Positions 31,879 to 42,750 are shown, numbered from the stretch's first letter. The stretch is DNA of 64,000 nt from Acidobacteriota bacterium (GCA_963664705.1 OY761556.1:5536001-5600000), one strand, 5' to 3'. The notes: generated by a model from the letters alone, not told the origin. Numbers and translations are program-made.

Positions 31879-32742
31879 TTACCGTGCCTGGCTGTCTCCC
31901 GAAGCGATCGGTCTCGAAGGATTCGTGATCCACTCACTCCACGAGCCCGCATATAATCGGCCCAATCCCAATCCCGCATAGGCTATAGAAAATAGATTGT
32001 GCGCGGCCGTAACACCGGAACCACAATAGCAGATCACATTTTCCGTGGGAACAGATTTTACCAGGTTTTCAAAGCGCTGACACAGGGCGTCTCGGGAAAG
32101 AAACTTGCCTTCTGAAGTGACGTTGTTTTCGCAAGGCGCGGACACGGCACCCGGGATGTGCCCGGCAACCGGATCGATCGGCTCCAGCTCCCCACGGAAC
32201 CGAGGAGTGCTCCTAGCATCGAGAAGGATATAGCGGGCGTCTTTTCGATATTCCTCCACCTGTTCTGCCGTTACCCAGATGCCTGGGACTTCATGCGGTT
32301 CGAATTGTCTGCGCGGGCGGCTTTCCATGCCGGTGCGTTTGGGCAATCCGGATCGTTGCCACTCGCTCCATCCGCCGTCGAGCAATGCCACGCTTGTGTG
32401 TCCCAGCCAGTTGAGAAGCCACCAGAGACGAACTCCCATGGTTCCAGTGGCATCATCATAGATAACCACCTGCGTCCGAGCATCGATTCCCCACGAGGAC
32501 AGCGTTTCCGTCATCACAGGGATTTGCGGCAGAGGATGGCGCCCCGTTTTGCCTGGAACTTTGGGCGCCGACAGATCATTATCCAGGTGCGCGTACACGG
32601 CACCGGGGATGTGCGAAGCCAGATAATCGTTGCGTCCGCGTTCCACGTTATCCAGCGAAAAGCGGCAGTCGACGATAGCCCAATCGGGGTCGTTTAAGTG
32701 AAGATGCAGTTCTGAAGCCGGGAGCAGTGTTGTCCATGTCAT
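31879..32742 (-). CDS. Sulfurtransferase (tandem rhodanese, SseA-like)
   Basis: HIPGA, GRHPLP, LDGG, CGSGVTA and YAGSWSEW motifs; true start ATG 32742. Confidence 0.92.
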   Translation of the reverse strand: MTWTTLLPASELHLHLNDPDWAIVDCRFSLDNVERGRNDYLASHIPGAVYAHLDNDLSAPKVPGKTGRHPLPQIPVMTETLSSWGIDARTQVVIYDDATGTMGVRLWWLLNWLGHTSVALLDGGWSEWQRSGLPKRTGMESRPRRQFEPHEVPGIWVTAEQVEEYRKDARYILLDARSTPRFRGELEPIDPVAGHIPGAVSAPCENNVTSEGKFLSRDALCQRFENLVKSVPTENVICYCGSGVTAAHNLFSIAYAGLGLGRLYAGSWSEWITNPSRPIASGDSQAR

Positions 32743-32893
32743 GGTCCAATGATAGGGCAGCCGGGACTTCAAAGCAAACGAAGGTCGCGATCTAGAGGGC
32801 CGGCGGTCCAGGTCCTTGGCGAATGGCCCAAAGAATCCTTTGAGCCTGTACCCCCCACCGCTGTTACAATAGCGCTGCAAAGGAGAAACACTC

Positions 32894-33868
32894 ATGAGAC
32901 GTCGTGACTTTCTGAAACACTCTGCAGCCGGGGCTGCAATATCCATGTTTGGCCGTGCAGCATCGTCTGCGGTTGCCGCGGATCCGATAGCGAAGGTGGC
33001 TTTGGTCAAAACAAACGATCGGGCGCAAGGCATTGCGGATGCCCTGAAACTGATCTCATTCGCTTCGCCCAAAGGCAAGAAAGTCCTGATCAAACCCAAC
33101 TTCAATACTGCCGACCCCACGCCGGGATCGACCCATAACGATACGCTTCGGCAACTCGCCCTGGAAATGAAAGCCCGCGGTGCCTCCCACCTGACCATCG
33201 GGGACAGTTGTGGCCCGGGCAATACAAAACAGGTCATGGAGAAGAAGGGAATTCCCGCGCTGGCCAGCGAACTCGGTATCGATGTGGTCAATTTCGAGGA
33301 GCTTCCTGCGGATGGCTGGAAACAGTGCAATCCGGCGGGATGCCATTGGAAGGACGGTTTCAGCATAGCCAAACCGGTCACCGATGCCGAGTTTCTGCTT
33401 TGGACCTGCTGCCTGAAGACACACGGCTTCGGCGGAGTACACAGCATGTCGCTGAAGCTGGCCGTGGGCGTAACCAATAAAAACATCCGGATGCAGATGC
33501 ACCAGTCTCCGGATATCCGCAAGATGATCGCCGAACTTCACCAGGCATTCACGCCGCAGCTTGTCGTTATGGATGGATTGGACATATTTGTCGACGGCGG
33601 CCCGATGACCGGAAAACTGGTCAACGCCGGAGTGATCATTGCCGGAACGGATCGGATTGCCATTGACGCCGTCGGCCTGGCCGTTCTCAAAAATCACGGC
33701 AGCAACCCGGCCATCATGGACACGAAGATCTTTGCGCAGGAACAGATCGCGCGCGCCGCGGAGCTTGGCCTGGGCGTAAAATCGCCGGATCAGATCGAGA
33801 TCGTCACCGGCGATGCGCAAAGCAAGGAATACGCCGGTAAATTGAAGGAAATTCTGGCTCGCGGCTAA
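32894..33868 (+). CDS. DUF362 domain protein with Tat signal
   Basis: RRRDFLK twin-arginine motif; VLIKPN, LKTH and DRIAIDA motifs. Confidence 0.88.
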   Translation: MRRRDFLKHSAAGAAISMFGRAASSAVAADPIAKVALVKTNDRAQGIADALKLISFASPKGKKVLIKPNFNTADPTPGSTHNDTLRQLALEMKARGASHLTIGDSCGPGNTKQVMEKKGIPALASELGIDVVNFEELPADGWKQCNPAGCHWKDGFSIAKPVTDAEFLLWTCCLKTHGFGGVHSMSLKLAVGVTNKNIRMQMHQSPDIRKMIAELHQAFTPQLVVMDGLDIFVDGGPMTGKLVNAGVIIAGTDRIAIDAVGLAVLKNHGSNPAIMDTKIFAQEQIARAAELGLGVKSPDQIEIVTGDAQSKEYAGKLKEILARG

Positions 33869-33937
33869 AAACCAGGGACGTCTCCCCTGCAGGATTTCGA
33901 TTCCGGAGTCGGATCCCGAAATTGAAATCCTGGAGGT

Positions 33938-35317
33938 CTAGGCGGGTGGGTTATAGGTTCGCAGGATATCCCAGAATGCACCGCGATGACCTTTTTGAAT
34001 GGCATCCACCAGCCGTTGGTTGGAATTGTAATTGTAGTTTTGATCAGGCTTTGAAGGATCCAGAAAGAGAAATCGTCGGTCGTCTCCGATCCGCTCGCCC
34101 AAGAGTTCAAATATGCAGGAAGCGATAGCGGGCTCGAGAAAAAAGGAAGGCTTCAGCGGATCACCCTCTCCCATCCTGGCAGCAAGAACCGTTCCGGGGT
34201 AAATTCTCACGCCCAGCGTCACTCCGACACGCTCCGGGTCCGCATTCTTCATCAAGGCGACGGTCTGTTCGAGGCTTCCTCTGGTTTCGCCCGGCCCCCC
34301 CAAAAGCAGATCAAGCATAACCGCCATTCCTTCCTGCTTCGTCCAGCGAGTGCAATTCAGGATATCTTCCGGAGAGAAATTCCGGCCAAGGCTTTTCAGC
34401 ATCGCCTCACTGCCGTTGTCCGCTCCGAAATCTATTCCGACGCAACCGGCGTGACGCATCGCCGCTGCCAGTTCCTTCGAGAAACCGGCCGGGGAACAAT
34501 AGGCATACCAGCGCATCTTGGATCCCAGTCCGCGGCGGATGATTTCCCGGCAGACTTCCAGTGCGTGCCAGGCTGGAACATTGAATTCGCCGTCGCAGGT
34601 ATGCAGAGCAGTAATACCCAAATCAACCAGGCATTTCAGCTCGGCTGCTACCGCCGCAGGAGGACGGAGACGCACGGTTTTCCCTTTTGCTGCGGGATCG
34701 GCGCAATAGATGCAATCGGCCGAACAACCACGCTTGGTCTCAAACCCGGCCTGGCCGCCTTCCCGAAAATACCGCCGATTATCAATCCAGCCGCGGGTCA
34801 TGGCGGGAAGCTCTGCCAGCGATCTCCACTGCGGAGGATTGCGCCTCCACTGCCGGCCATCCGGCCAGACCAGGCTGGGCAGATCTCTCCATTCGCGCCC
34901 TGTCTCCAATCGGTTTGCCAGGTCGACGATAGTGAATTCACCTTCGCCCCAAATGCCCAGGGCGGATTCCGTCATGGAGAGAATCTGCTCGGGCATTACC
35001 GAGAATCCCACGCCGCCAATCACGATGGGCGCGTCTGTACTTTTTCGCACACACTTGGCCAGCTCAACAAATCCCGGAATGAAGGTCTGACAATCGATGA
35101 AGGAGCAGTCATCGGTATTGCGGAGAGTCATGCCGACGAGTTGATAGCTGGCTTTAGCAAAGAAGCTTTCGATAGATGCCTGAGGATTCTCTTCCCAGGC
35201 AAGATCCAGCAGTTCGATCGAATGACCGGCCGCGCCCAGTGCCTCGGCAACATAGTCCAGACCGATGGGAGCGATCGGAGGCTGCATTCGGTTCGTATTG
35301 ATCAGCGCAATATGCAT
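33938..35317 (-). CDS. B12-binding radical SAM protein
   Basis: PIGLDYV..., GGVGFS, KRGCSADCIYC. Confidence 0.9.
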   Translation of the reverse strand: MHIALINTNRMQPPIAPIGLDYVAEALGAAGHSIELLDLAWEENPQASIESFFAKASYQLVGMTLRNTDDCSFIDCQTFIPGFVELAKCVRKSTDAPIVIGGVGFSVMPEQILSMTESALGIWGEGEFTIVDLANRLETGREWRDLPSLVWPDGRQWRRNPPQWRSLAELPAMTRGWIDNRRYFREGGQAGFETKRGCSADCIYCADPAAKGKTVRLRPPAAVAAELKCLVDLGITALHTCDGEFNVPAWHALEVCREIIRRGLGSKMRWYAYCSPAGFSKELAAAMRHAGCVGIDFGADNGSEAMLKSLGRNFSPEDILNCTRWTKQEGMAVMLDLLLGGPGETRGSLEQTVALMKNADPERVGVTLGVRIYPGTVLAARMGEGDPLKPSFFLEPAIASCIFELLGERIGDDRRFLFLDPSKPDQNYNYNSNQRLVDAIQKGHRGAFWDILRTYNPPA

Positions 35318-35354
35318 GTAAGGCCAGGCACCACAGATCTCAGGATGTCCGCGA

Positions 35355-35861
35355 TTATCTTCCCAGGAAATTATCGATATTCTTCCGAAGCCGGGCGACT
35401 TCGGCGTCGCTCATCCACGGATTCGACAGATGGCGAAGGACCTCATCTTCGTCCATGCCAAGGCGCATCCCTTCCTCCACGGCCACCGCATACCCTTCAA
35501 TTTCAGTCGGGCGATCGACATAGTGAAGGCTGTGGTCCCAGATATCCTTGCCTTCCGCAAACTGTCGAAGGTGTGTCAATTCATGCATGAGATCCAGGTA
35601 CAAATCGAGCGGATTTGCCTGCCGGTAATACTCTTCGATCAGCGTGATGGCAGGTATTTTGATGTCCACCCAGCAATAGCCTTCTCCAGGCTTGATCCGG
35701 ACAAGAGCGCTTTCCAGCAGAGTCTTGATAGGAAGCGCCGCTGTTTCAATCCTCCGAACCGCGGGACTTTCCTCGGCCCGCGGCAGGAGGTTTCTATATG
35801 GATGCGTGCCGGCGCTCAACGTGCGAACAACAAGTGCAAATTCGGGCAATTCAATCGTCAT
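35355..35861 (-). CDS. Hypothetical protein with HExxH zinc-metalloprotease motif
   Basis: LMHELTH followed by PTEIEGY. Confidence 0.65.
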   Translation of the reverse strand: MTIELPEFALVVRTLSAGTHPYRNLLPRAEESPAVRRIETAALPIKTLLESALVRIKPGEGYCWVDIKIPAITLIEEYYRQANPLDLYLDLMHELTHLRQFAEGKDIWDHSLHYVDRPTEIEGYAVAVEEGMRLGMDEDEVLRHLSNPWMSDAEVARLRKNIDNFLGR

Positions 35862-35916
35862 GTCGAGATTGTGCCAGATTCCCCGCGACTCTGCGAGCCT
35901 TGGATTTCAGTTTTTC

Positions 35917-37191
35917 TTAATCCACGATGGACTGATACACAAGCGTCTGGAACTGGCTGATATTGGTCATATCGCTCGGCATTTGTTGTGTGAAATAGAT
36001 CGAGACCATGTCTTCTTTGGGATCGATAATGACATGGGTTGTGGCTGCGCCGCCCCATCCGAATTGACCCTGGGAGCCAAGATTCCCAGCGCCGGCAGGA
36101 CTGAGCAGAACGGACACTCCCAGTCCGTAGGCTGTACCGCCGATCATGCCGAGGTCGGGGATAGCCGGCGGTAGATTGTTCGAGGTCATCAATTCCACCG
36201 TCTTCCTTCCGAGCAGGCGGACGTTGCCGAGCTTGCCGCGACTCAAAAGCATCTGGGCAAAGCGGTAGTAGTCCATTGCCGTGGAGGACAGACTCAGACC
36301 TCCGAATGGCCGCTCGGTATAGCGGGCATAACTGCTGCTTTCCGGCTTATCGATCGGCTCGAGCTTGCCATCTTTCGGCGGACCATAGTTGGTTGTATAT
36401 CGGCCGATGTATTCCTTGGGTATGCCGAACACCGCATCTTTCATCCCCAGCGGCTGAATAATTTTGCTTTGGACATATTTGTCAAAACGCATCCCGGAGA
36501 AATACTCGACCAGGTAAGCCTGGACATCATGCGAAACGCTATAGACCCAGCGTTCTCCCGGCTGATAGAGAAGCGGAACCGTTGCCAGCTTGTCTACGAG
36601 CTCCTTCAGAGAATCCAACCTGGCGAAATCGATTCCGGCCGCCCGGTAAGCCTTGTCCACCGGATTTGTGTCGGTCATGCCGTACCCAAATCCCGCGGTA
36701 TGTCGGAAAACATCCTGGATCGTAATTTTGCGTTTCGGTTCTTCCAGGACCATGGCCCCTTTGTCATCGAGGCGGCTGAACACCTTCACATTCTTGAAGG
36801 CAGGCAGGTATTTTTCGAGTGGATCTGAAAGCTGAAATTTCCCCTCTTCGTACAACATCAGAAGAGCAGCGCTGGTCACCGGCTTGGTCATCGAGTACAA
36901 ACGGAAAAGAGAGTCGGTCTGCATTTTTTTCCCGGATTCGATGTCAGCCATTCCAAATGCTTTGTGGTATACCACCGCTCCATGACGCGCGACGAGAAGA
37001 ACGATCCCCGCGGTTTTCTTCTTGTCGATATTCTCCTGCATAACCTGGGTCAGCCGCGCAAGCCTGTCTGTCGACAGCCCCACGGATTCAGGCGCGACAG
37101 CTTTCTGATCTCCCGCCCATCCGGGCATAGACATAATTCCTAAAACAATCACAGACTGGAGAAAAACGGCGATGAGTCGAATGCATCGCAT
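35917..37191 (-). CDS. Serine hydrolase, beta-lactamase/AmpC-like family
   Basis: SMTK (SxxK), YS and FGWGGA motifs; signal peptide; SD GGGAGG. Confidence 0.9.
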   Translation of the reverse strand: MRCIRLIAVFLQSVIVLGIMSMPGWAGDQKAVAPESVGLSTDRLARLTQVMQENIDKKKTAGIVLLVARHGAVVYHKAFGMADIESGKKMQTDSLFRLYSMTKPVTSAALLMLYEEGKFQLSDPLEKYLPAFKNVKVFSRLDDKGAMVLEEPKRKITIQDVFRHTAGFGYGMTDTNPVDKAYRAAGIDFARLDSLKELVDKLATVPLLYQPGERWVYSVSHDVQAYLVEYFSGMRFDKYVQSKIIQPLGMKDAVFGIPKEYIGRYTTNYGPPKDGKLEPIDKPESSSYARYTERPFGGLSLSSTAMDYYRFAQMLLSRGKLGNVRLLGRKTVELMTSNNLPPAIPDLGMIGGTAYGLGVSVLLSPAGAGNLGSQGQFGWGGAATTHVIIDPKEDMVSIYFTQQMPSDMTNISQFQTLVYQSIVD

Positions 37192-37366
37192 ACGTACCTC
37201 CCTGGGGTCAGACTTCATGGAATAGGAATCTGAAACAAAACCGGAACTGATACAATCAGAGAATATCCAATTTAGTAAAAAATATTAAAACCTTTTTATG
37301 GGGACGGACGTCTAATAAAGGAACTGTTGCTTTCCAGAATACCTTTTTTGCTTCTTCGGAGGCCTG

Positions 37367-38620
37367 ATGTTTGTTTGCGTCCGACAGCGCTTTGCGTTTT
37401 TGGCGATGCTTCTTTTTGCGTCCGGGGGCTGCACGCGGCCATCGCCGCAACAGGGCTTTTCCGCAGCCCATGCATCTGAAACCATTACGGTGAAACGCGG
37501 CAACTTCCGACGCGTCGCGCGCCTGAGCGGGAGTGTCAGTGCGACGGAATCCTTTTCCGTGCTCGCGCCGCGTCTCTCCGGACAGATGATGGGTTCGGGA
37601 ATGATGGTCATAACCGGGATTGTGCGTAATGGCATGACTGTCCACAAAGGCGATGTCCTCGTCGAATTCGATCGCCAGGCCCAGCTCAAGAACATACTGG
37701 ATCGCCAGGCGGAGTGCGATGGACTGAATCAGCAGATCCGGAAAAAGCAGGCCGACCAGGTTTCTGCGCGGCTTTCGGATGAGACCGACATCAAATCCGG
37801 GGAAGTCGATGTCCAGATTGCGCTCGTGGAAATGCGCAAAAATGATGTCATCCCGCGATACCAGGCCGAGATCAACAAGGCAAATCTGGCGGAAGCCGAA
37901 GCCGGGTTGAAGCAGTTGAAGGAAACCTTTGCTTTGAAGCGCAAAGCGGAAGCCGCAGATATAAGAATTCTGGAAATTCAGCGGGACCGCGCACTGAAAG
38001 CGCTGGAATACGCAAAGGGCAATGTGGAAAGAATGACCATCCGATCTCCTATGGATGGCCTGGCTGTATTGACTCCCACCGTCAAGGGAACTCGCACGAT
38101 GGATCCGCAGGAAGGGGATGAGGTAAGGCCCGGTTCGGGCATCATGCTCGTAGTGAATCCATCCTCGATGCAGGTTTCAGCGCGAGTCAACCAGGTCGAT
38201 GTATGGGAGGTGCGCGTCGGGCAGGCTGCGGAGGTCCGCCTGGAGGCGTATCCGGACCTGGTCTTTCCTGGAAAAGTGGAGCGCATCAGCGCCATGAGCA
38301 CCACCAGCTCCAATTCGAAACGCATTCGCTATTTTTCCATAGCCATTTCGATCCAGGGACGAAATCCCAAGCTTCTTCCGGATCTGACGGCTGCGGTGGA
38401 TATCCGGTTGCAGGACCGAGGGAATGCGTTGCTGCTTCCGCGGGAGGCCGTGACAATAGAGAACGGCCAGGCATCGGTGGCGATTGCAGCCAATGGAAAA
38501 ACGGAACGGCGGACAATCAAAACAGGGCCGGCGAATGACAGTGAGGTTGTGGTGGAATCCGGGTTGGATGAAGGCGCCGCTGTCCTGCTGGAAGCATCCG
38601 CGGTTAGCAGGTCAAACTGA
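37367..38620 (+). CDS. Efflux periplasmic adaptor subunit (HlyD/MacA-like) 1
   Basis: GDVLVEFD lipoyl half, coiled hairpin, IRSPMDG, GLDEG. Confidence 0.85.
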   Translation: MFVCVRQRFAFLAMLLFASGGCTRPSPQQGFSAAHASETITVKRGNFRRVARLSGSVSATESFSVLAPRLSGQMMGSGMMVITGIVRNGMTVHKGDVLVEFDRQAQLKNILDRQAECDGLNQQIRKKQADQVSARLSDETDIKSGEVDVQIALVEMRKNDVIPRYQAEINKANLAEAEAGLKQLKETFALKRKAEAADIRILEIQRDRALKALEYAKGNVERMTIRSPMDGLAVLTPTVKGTRTMDPQEGDEVRPGSGIMLVVNPSSMQVSARVNQVDVWEVRVGQAAEVRLEAYPDLVFPGKVERISAMSTTSSNSKRIRYFSIAISIQGRNPKLLPDLTAAVDIRLQDRGNALLLPREAVTIENGQASVAIAANGKTERRTIKTGPANDSEVVVESGLDEGAAVLLEASAVSRSN

Positions 38621-38667
38621 ACAGCATGTCGATATTATTTGCAAAAAAGACGTGCCCGAATGGGAAC

Positions 38668-38745
38668 CGTGGCGTGAGGCAGCTTGCTGCCGCCATTGGA
38701 AACCATCAAAGCCGAAGGCGAGTGCAAGCCATCGCACTCCAAAGG
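38668..38745. repeat. Degenerate REP-like palindrome pair between adaptor genes
   Basis: GGCAGCTTGCTGCC and GCGAGTGCAAGCCATCGCACTCCAA palindromic units. Confidence 0.45.
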
Positions 38746-38802
38746 GCTTCGAAACGGCGGCGCACCCGGTGTGAATGAATTCGAAAATGAGAAACTGAAT
38801 TT

Positions 38803-40077
38803 ATGAGTCCCGTCACAAGAAAACGGAAATGGATGAAGGTCAGCCTTTGGTGCATTCTCCTGGCCGGAATCGCCTTGGGCGGATACCTGCTCAATGCCAG
38901 GCGAAGCACTGCTAAAACCCCGCCCGTTCCTTCCGCGGAGGTCAAACTGGGAGACTTCGTCGACTATATCGAATTGCGCGGAGAAATTGCCGTTCGCGCC
39001 TCCACGGTCATCGCCGCTCCGTATAACACCGGCGATCTCCAGATTCTGAAGCTTGCGCGCAATGGCAGCCAAATCCAGAAGGGGGATGTTGTTGTCGAAT
39101 TTGACCCTTCCACCTTACAGCGCACCGCAGATCAGTCCCGCGCCCAGCTGCGGCAGGTTGAAGCCGAGATTGCACGGGCGAATGCCCAGCAACGCCTGGC
39201 GGAAGAGCAGATCAAGACCGAGATGATGACGGCCCGGTTTCAGAGGGAACGAGCGCAGCTGGATGCAAGCACCGGTGAGGTAGTGCCGAAAATCGAAAAT
39301 GAAAAAAACGCGCTTGCTCTCGCCAAGGCCGAACATAAGCTGCGCGAGCTGGACAGCCGGATGGCATCCAGGAAGGTCGGGCTGGAAGCCGACCTGGCGG
39401 GGATCAACCGGCGGCGGGATAAAGCCAAGGCGGATCTGGAGCAGACCGAGAAGAACATGTCGGCGCTGACTCTGACTTCTCCGACCGCCGGGATCATCAC
39501 CATGCTTCCAAACTCCAGGGCCCGCACAAACCTCCTGGGAGGCGGTTCGACGCCGGTCTTCAAGGAAGGAGACCGCGCCTATGCGGGCGCTGCAATTGCG
39601 GAGATCCCGGATCTCTCCACGATCCAGGCGAAAGCGCCTGTATCGGAGACAGATCGCGGACGCGTGCAGACGGGACAGACCGTCCTGTTGAATATCGAGG
39701 CGGTGCCGGATAAAGAACACAAAGGCCGTATCAATAATATCAGCCCGCTCGCAAAGGTGGACTATTCGAGTCTTCCGATAAAAAAGAACTTTGATTTATC
39801 GGTGGAACTCGAAAACCCCGACCCGAGACTTCGGCCCGGCATGACGGCCACGCTGCGCATCGAGGCGGAGCGTGTACCGAATGCACTTGTGATTCCGGCA
39901 GACTCCGTGTTTATGAAGAATGGTCAGGCCGTTGTCTATGTGCTTCGAGACGGGCTCTATCATGCGCGCTCCGTGACCCTGGCAAGACGGGGTGTCGGGA
40001 ATGTTATGGTATCGCGCGGTTTGAGCGCCGGTGAGCGCATTGCCCTGAAAGATCCGGAGCCAGCCTCCGGAAAATAG
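38803..40077 (+). CDS. Efflux periplasmic adaptor subunit (HlyD/MacA-like) 2
   Basis: KGDVVVEFD, SPTAG, LRPGMTA. Confidence 0.88.
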   Translation: MSPVTRKRKWMKVSLWCILLAGIALGGYLLNARRSTAKTPPVPSAEVKLGDFVDYIELRGEIAVRASTVIAAPYNTGDLQILKLARNGSQIQKGDVVVEFDPSTLQRTADQSRAQLRQVEAEIARANAQQRLAEEQIKTEMMTARFQRERAQLDASTGEVVPKIENEKNALALAKAEHKLRELDSRMASRKVGLEADLAGINRRRDKAKADLEQTEKNMSALTLTSPTAGIITMLPNSRARTNLLGGGSTPVFKEGDRAYAGAAIAEIPDLSTIQAKAPVSETDRGRVQTGQTVLLNIEAVPDKEHKGRINNISPLAKVDYSSLPIKKNFDLSVELENPDPRLRPGMTATLRIEAERVPNALVIPADSVFMKNGQAVVYVLRDGLYHARSVTLARRGVGNVMVSRGLSAGERIALKDPEPASGK

Positions 40078-40108
40078 TCCTATTCCGTAATGTGACAAAA
40101 GATCGGTT

Positions 40109-41461
40109 ATGTTTATAAAATCCATCCGAAATTTGGTCCTGGTTGCCATCCCGCTTTTCAGTGCCTCCTGTTCATACCTTGGCGATGTCACAGGCCTGCA
40201 GCAGGCACAGATTCGAATTCCATCGGCGAAAGTTGCTCGAGGCCCGATCGAAGTAAGGGTCCACGGACTCGGCGAATTGCGTCCCGGTCAAACATCAACC
40301 ATCGTAGCGCCGCCCATGTCCGGGGGATTGCTGCAGATCATCCATTTGGTCAAGACCGGCACACGGGTCAAAAAAGGGGATGTGGTGGTCGAGTTCGATC
40401 CGAGCGAGCAGGAGTACAACCTGGAGCAAAGCCAATCGCAGCTTGAGGAAGCGGATCAGCAGATTGCAAAGATGAAGGCCGATCAGGCCGTCAAAGCGGC
40501 GCAGGATAAAGTCGCGCTGCTGAAGGCGCAGTACAGCGTGCGCCGCGCCGAATACAAAGTCCAGGGGAACGAGCTGCTGGGCGCCATTGAGGCGAAGAAG
40601 AACCTGATAGACCTGGAGGACGCGAAGCGCAAATACGAGCAGCTGCAGCGCGACACCCAGTCGCGGGCGAGCGCGGATGTCGCGGACCTGGCGATGCAGA
40701 GCGCCTCCCGGATGCGGGCCCAGATGGGAATGAAGATGGCCCAGCAGAATATCGACAACATGATCTGGAAAGCACCAGCGGACGGAGTGGTGGTGTTGGG
40801 ACAGAACCTGGAGGCGCTTGTGTCGGGCAGCGGATCCATCCGTGTATACAGCGGGATGGAAATTCCCGAATTCAAAGAAGGGGACCAGGTCTATCCTGGT
40901 CGCCTGGTCGCGCAGATACAGGGAACAAGCGAGCTGGAAGTCCTTTCCAAGGTGCTTGAAACAGACCGTGGCAACCTCAGCCCCGGACAGCCCATTGAAA
41001 TGTGGATGGATTCGATGCCGTCTAAATCGTTTTCGGGCAAGATCAAATCCTTGGCCACCTCCGCTTCGGATGCGTCTTCCGCCGACACCACCTCGGACTA
41101 CCTGGAAGCGTTGTCGACGCGCAGCTTTGATGCGGTGTTTGAAGTCGATGGCAAAGGGGAGCCATTATATATGGGCTCCAGCGTCCGTTTCATCATCAAG
41201 GGAAACAGCATGCAGGATGTCCTGTCGATTCCGCGCCAGGCCGTATTCCAGAAGGACTCCAAGCCGGCCGTTTATGTGCGGCGCGGCGAGCAATGGGAAT
41301 CGAATGAAATCAGGATCAAATATCTTACCGAGAGCCGCGCGGTGATTGATGGCATTGCCGAGAATGCGGAGGTGGCCCTGGTGAATCCTGATCTGCAGAA
41401 GGACAAAGTGAAGTCTCAAAAGGGTGCGCTGGCATCATTCCTGGGAGGATCAGCCCAATGA
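40109..41461 (+). CDS. Efflux periplasmic adaptor subunit (HlyD/MacA-like) 3
   Basis: KKGDVVVEFD, APADG, EGDQV; lipobox-like ASC. Confidence 0.88.
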   Translation: MFIKSIRNLVLVAIPLFSASCSYLGDVTGLQQAQIRIPSAKVARGPIEVRVHGLGELRPGQTSTIVAPPMSGGLLQIIHLVKTGTRVKKGDVVVEFDPSEQEYNLEQSQSQLEEADQQIAKMKADQAVKAAQDKVALLKAQYSVRRAEYKVQGNELLGAIEAKKNLIDLEDAKRKYEQLQRDTQSRASADVADLAMQSASRMRAQMGMKMAQQNIDNMIWKAPADGVVVLGQNLEALVSGSGSIRVYSGMEIPEFKEGDQVYPGRLVAQIQGTSELEVLSKVLETDRGNLSPGQPIEMWMDSMPSKSFSGKIKSLATSASDASSADTTSDYLEALSTRSFDAVFEVDGKGEPLYMGSSVRFIIKGNSMQDVLSIPRQAVFQKDSKPAVYVRRGEQWESNEIRIKYLTESRAVIDGIAENAEVALVNPDLQKDKVKSQKGALASFLGGSAQ

Positions 41462-42750
41462 AGGCTCTGGGAGCGGAGGGACAAAAAGTCCGGTATCGAA
41501 GAAGGAAGTTGCTCCCGGATTGGGGCCTGGCATTGCGCAATCTCGCCTCGCGCAAGCTTCGATCGCTGCTGACCATGCTTGGCATGATTTTCGGAGTGGG
41601 CGCGGTTGTTTCCATGCTGTCCATCGGTGCCGGGGCGCAGCAGCAGGTGCTCGCCTTTATTGAACAGTTGGGCGTCCGAAATCTGATCGTTGAAGCGAAG
41701 GACATTAACGACACGGAGGAACTGGTCAAACTTCGGAAAACGTCCCCCGGCCTTTCCTTCAAGGACCTGCGCGTAATCCGAACCAATATCGCCGGGGTCA
41801 ATGCCTCGACGCCGAGGAAGACTCTCACTCCCACAAATCTGTTTCCCAAGTCCAAGCTCGACATGCCGACTGTCTACGGCGTGGAGCCGCAATTCCAGCT
41901 CATCGCGGGGCTGCGCATGGTTGCGGGGCGGTTCTTTACCGTGGAGGAGAATGACCAGAGACGGCCGGTCTGCGTTCTGGGAGAAGGCGCGAAAGCCAAC
42001 CTGTTTCCGCAGCGGGAGGCAGTGGGCGAAAACATAAAGATCCAGGACCAGTGGTATCACGTCATCGGCGTGTTGGGAGGCCAACTGGTCTCCCAGGGAG
42101 AGGTTTCCGGAGTGAAGACGCAGGACTTGAACAACCTCATCTACATGCCGATCAACAGCATGATTTACCGGATGGAAGGGAATCGCAGTTATCTGAAAGA
42201 TGAGATAGACGGCATATATCTGCGGCTGGATAAGGATGCGGATGTTCCGGTTACTGCGGACATGTTGCGGGGCATATTGAATACAGCGCATCGGAACGCG
42301 AGTGATTTCAGCCTGATCGTTCCCGCCGAACTGCTTGCCGAAAAAAAACGCGCGCAGCGGATTTTCGAAATGGTCATGGTGGCGATCGCGTCCATTTCTC
42401 TTCTGGTAGGCGGCATCGGGATCATGAACATCATGCTTGCCAGCATTCTCGAACGTACGCACGAAATCGGCGTGCGCAGGGCAGTGGGCGGACGCAAGCG
42501 CGATGTGCTGCACCAGTTTCTGGTGGAAGCCATACTGATTTCTTTTGTGGGAGGTTTGCTCGGGATCGCCTGCGGGTTTGGCCTCTCGCGCCTGGTCGCC
42601 GTAATGGCCGGGTGGTCGACGATTATTACCGTGAACTCTATATTGCTGGCCTTTATCGTCTCGGTCTCGGTCGGGCTGATTTTCGGAATCTATCCTGCGG
42701 CGAAAGCCGCGCGCCTCGACCCCGTGGAAGCTCTCCGCCACGAGGGATAA
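41458..42750 (+). CDS. MacB/FtsX-like ABC transporter permease (no ATPase domain)
   Basis: RSLLTMLGMIFGV, GGIGIMNIMLASILERTHEIGVRRAVG, LDPVEALRHE. Confidence 0.92.
   Translation: MKALGAEGQKVRYRRRKLLPDWGLALRNLASRKLRSLLTMLGMIFGVGAVVSMLSIGAGAQQQVLAFIEQLGVRNLIVEAKDINDTEELVKLRKTSPGLSFKDLRVIRTNIAGVNASTPRKTLTPTNLFPKSKLDMPTVYGVEPQFQLIAGLRMVAGRFFTVEENDQRRPVCVLGEGAKANLFPQREAVGENIKIQDQWYHVIGVLGGQLVSQGEVSGVKTQDLNNLIYMPINSMIYRMEGNRSYLKDEIDGIYLRLDKDADVPVTADMLRGILNTAHRNASDFSLIVPAELLAEKKRAQRIFEMVMVAIASISLLVGGIGIMNIMLASILERTHEIGVRRAVGGRKRDVLHQFLVEAILISFVGGLLGIACGFGLSRLVAVMAGWSTIITVNSILLAFIVSVSVGLIFGIYPAAKAARLDPVEALRHEG

Noticed and set aside
31879-33522. 547-aa fused sulfurtransferase ORF
   Set aside because: The 5' extension is antisense to the DUF362 gene; the real start is 32742.
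34451-35590. Long shadow ORFs (also 8128-9195, 41416-42741, 55282-56424, 60202-61137)
   Set aside because: They are antisense to well-supported genes and lack motifs, as expected in GC-rich DNA.
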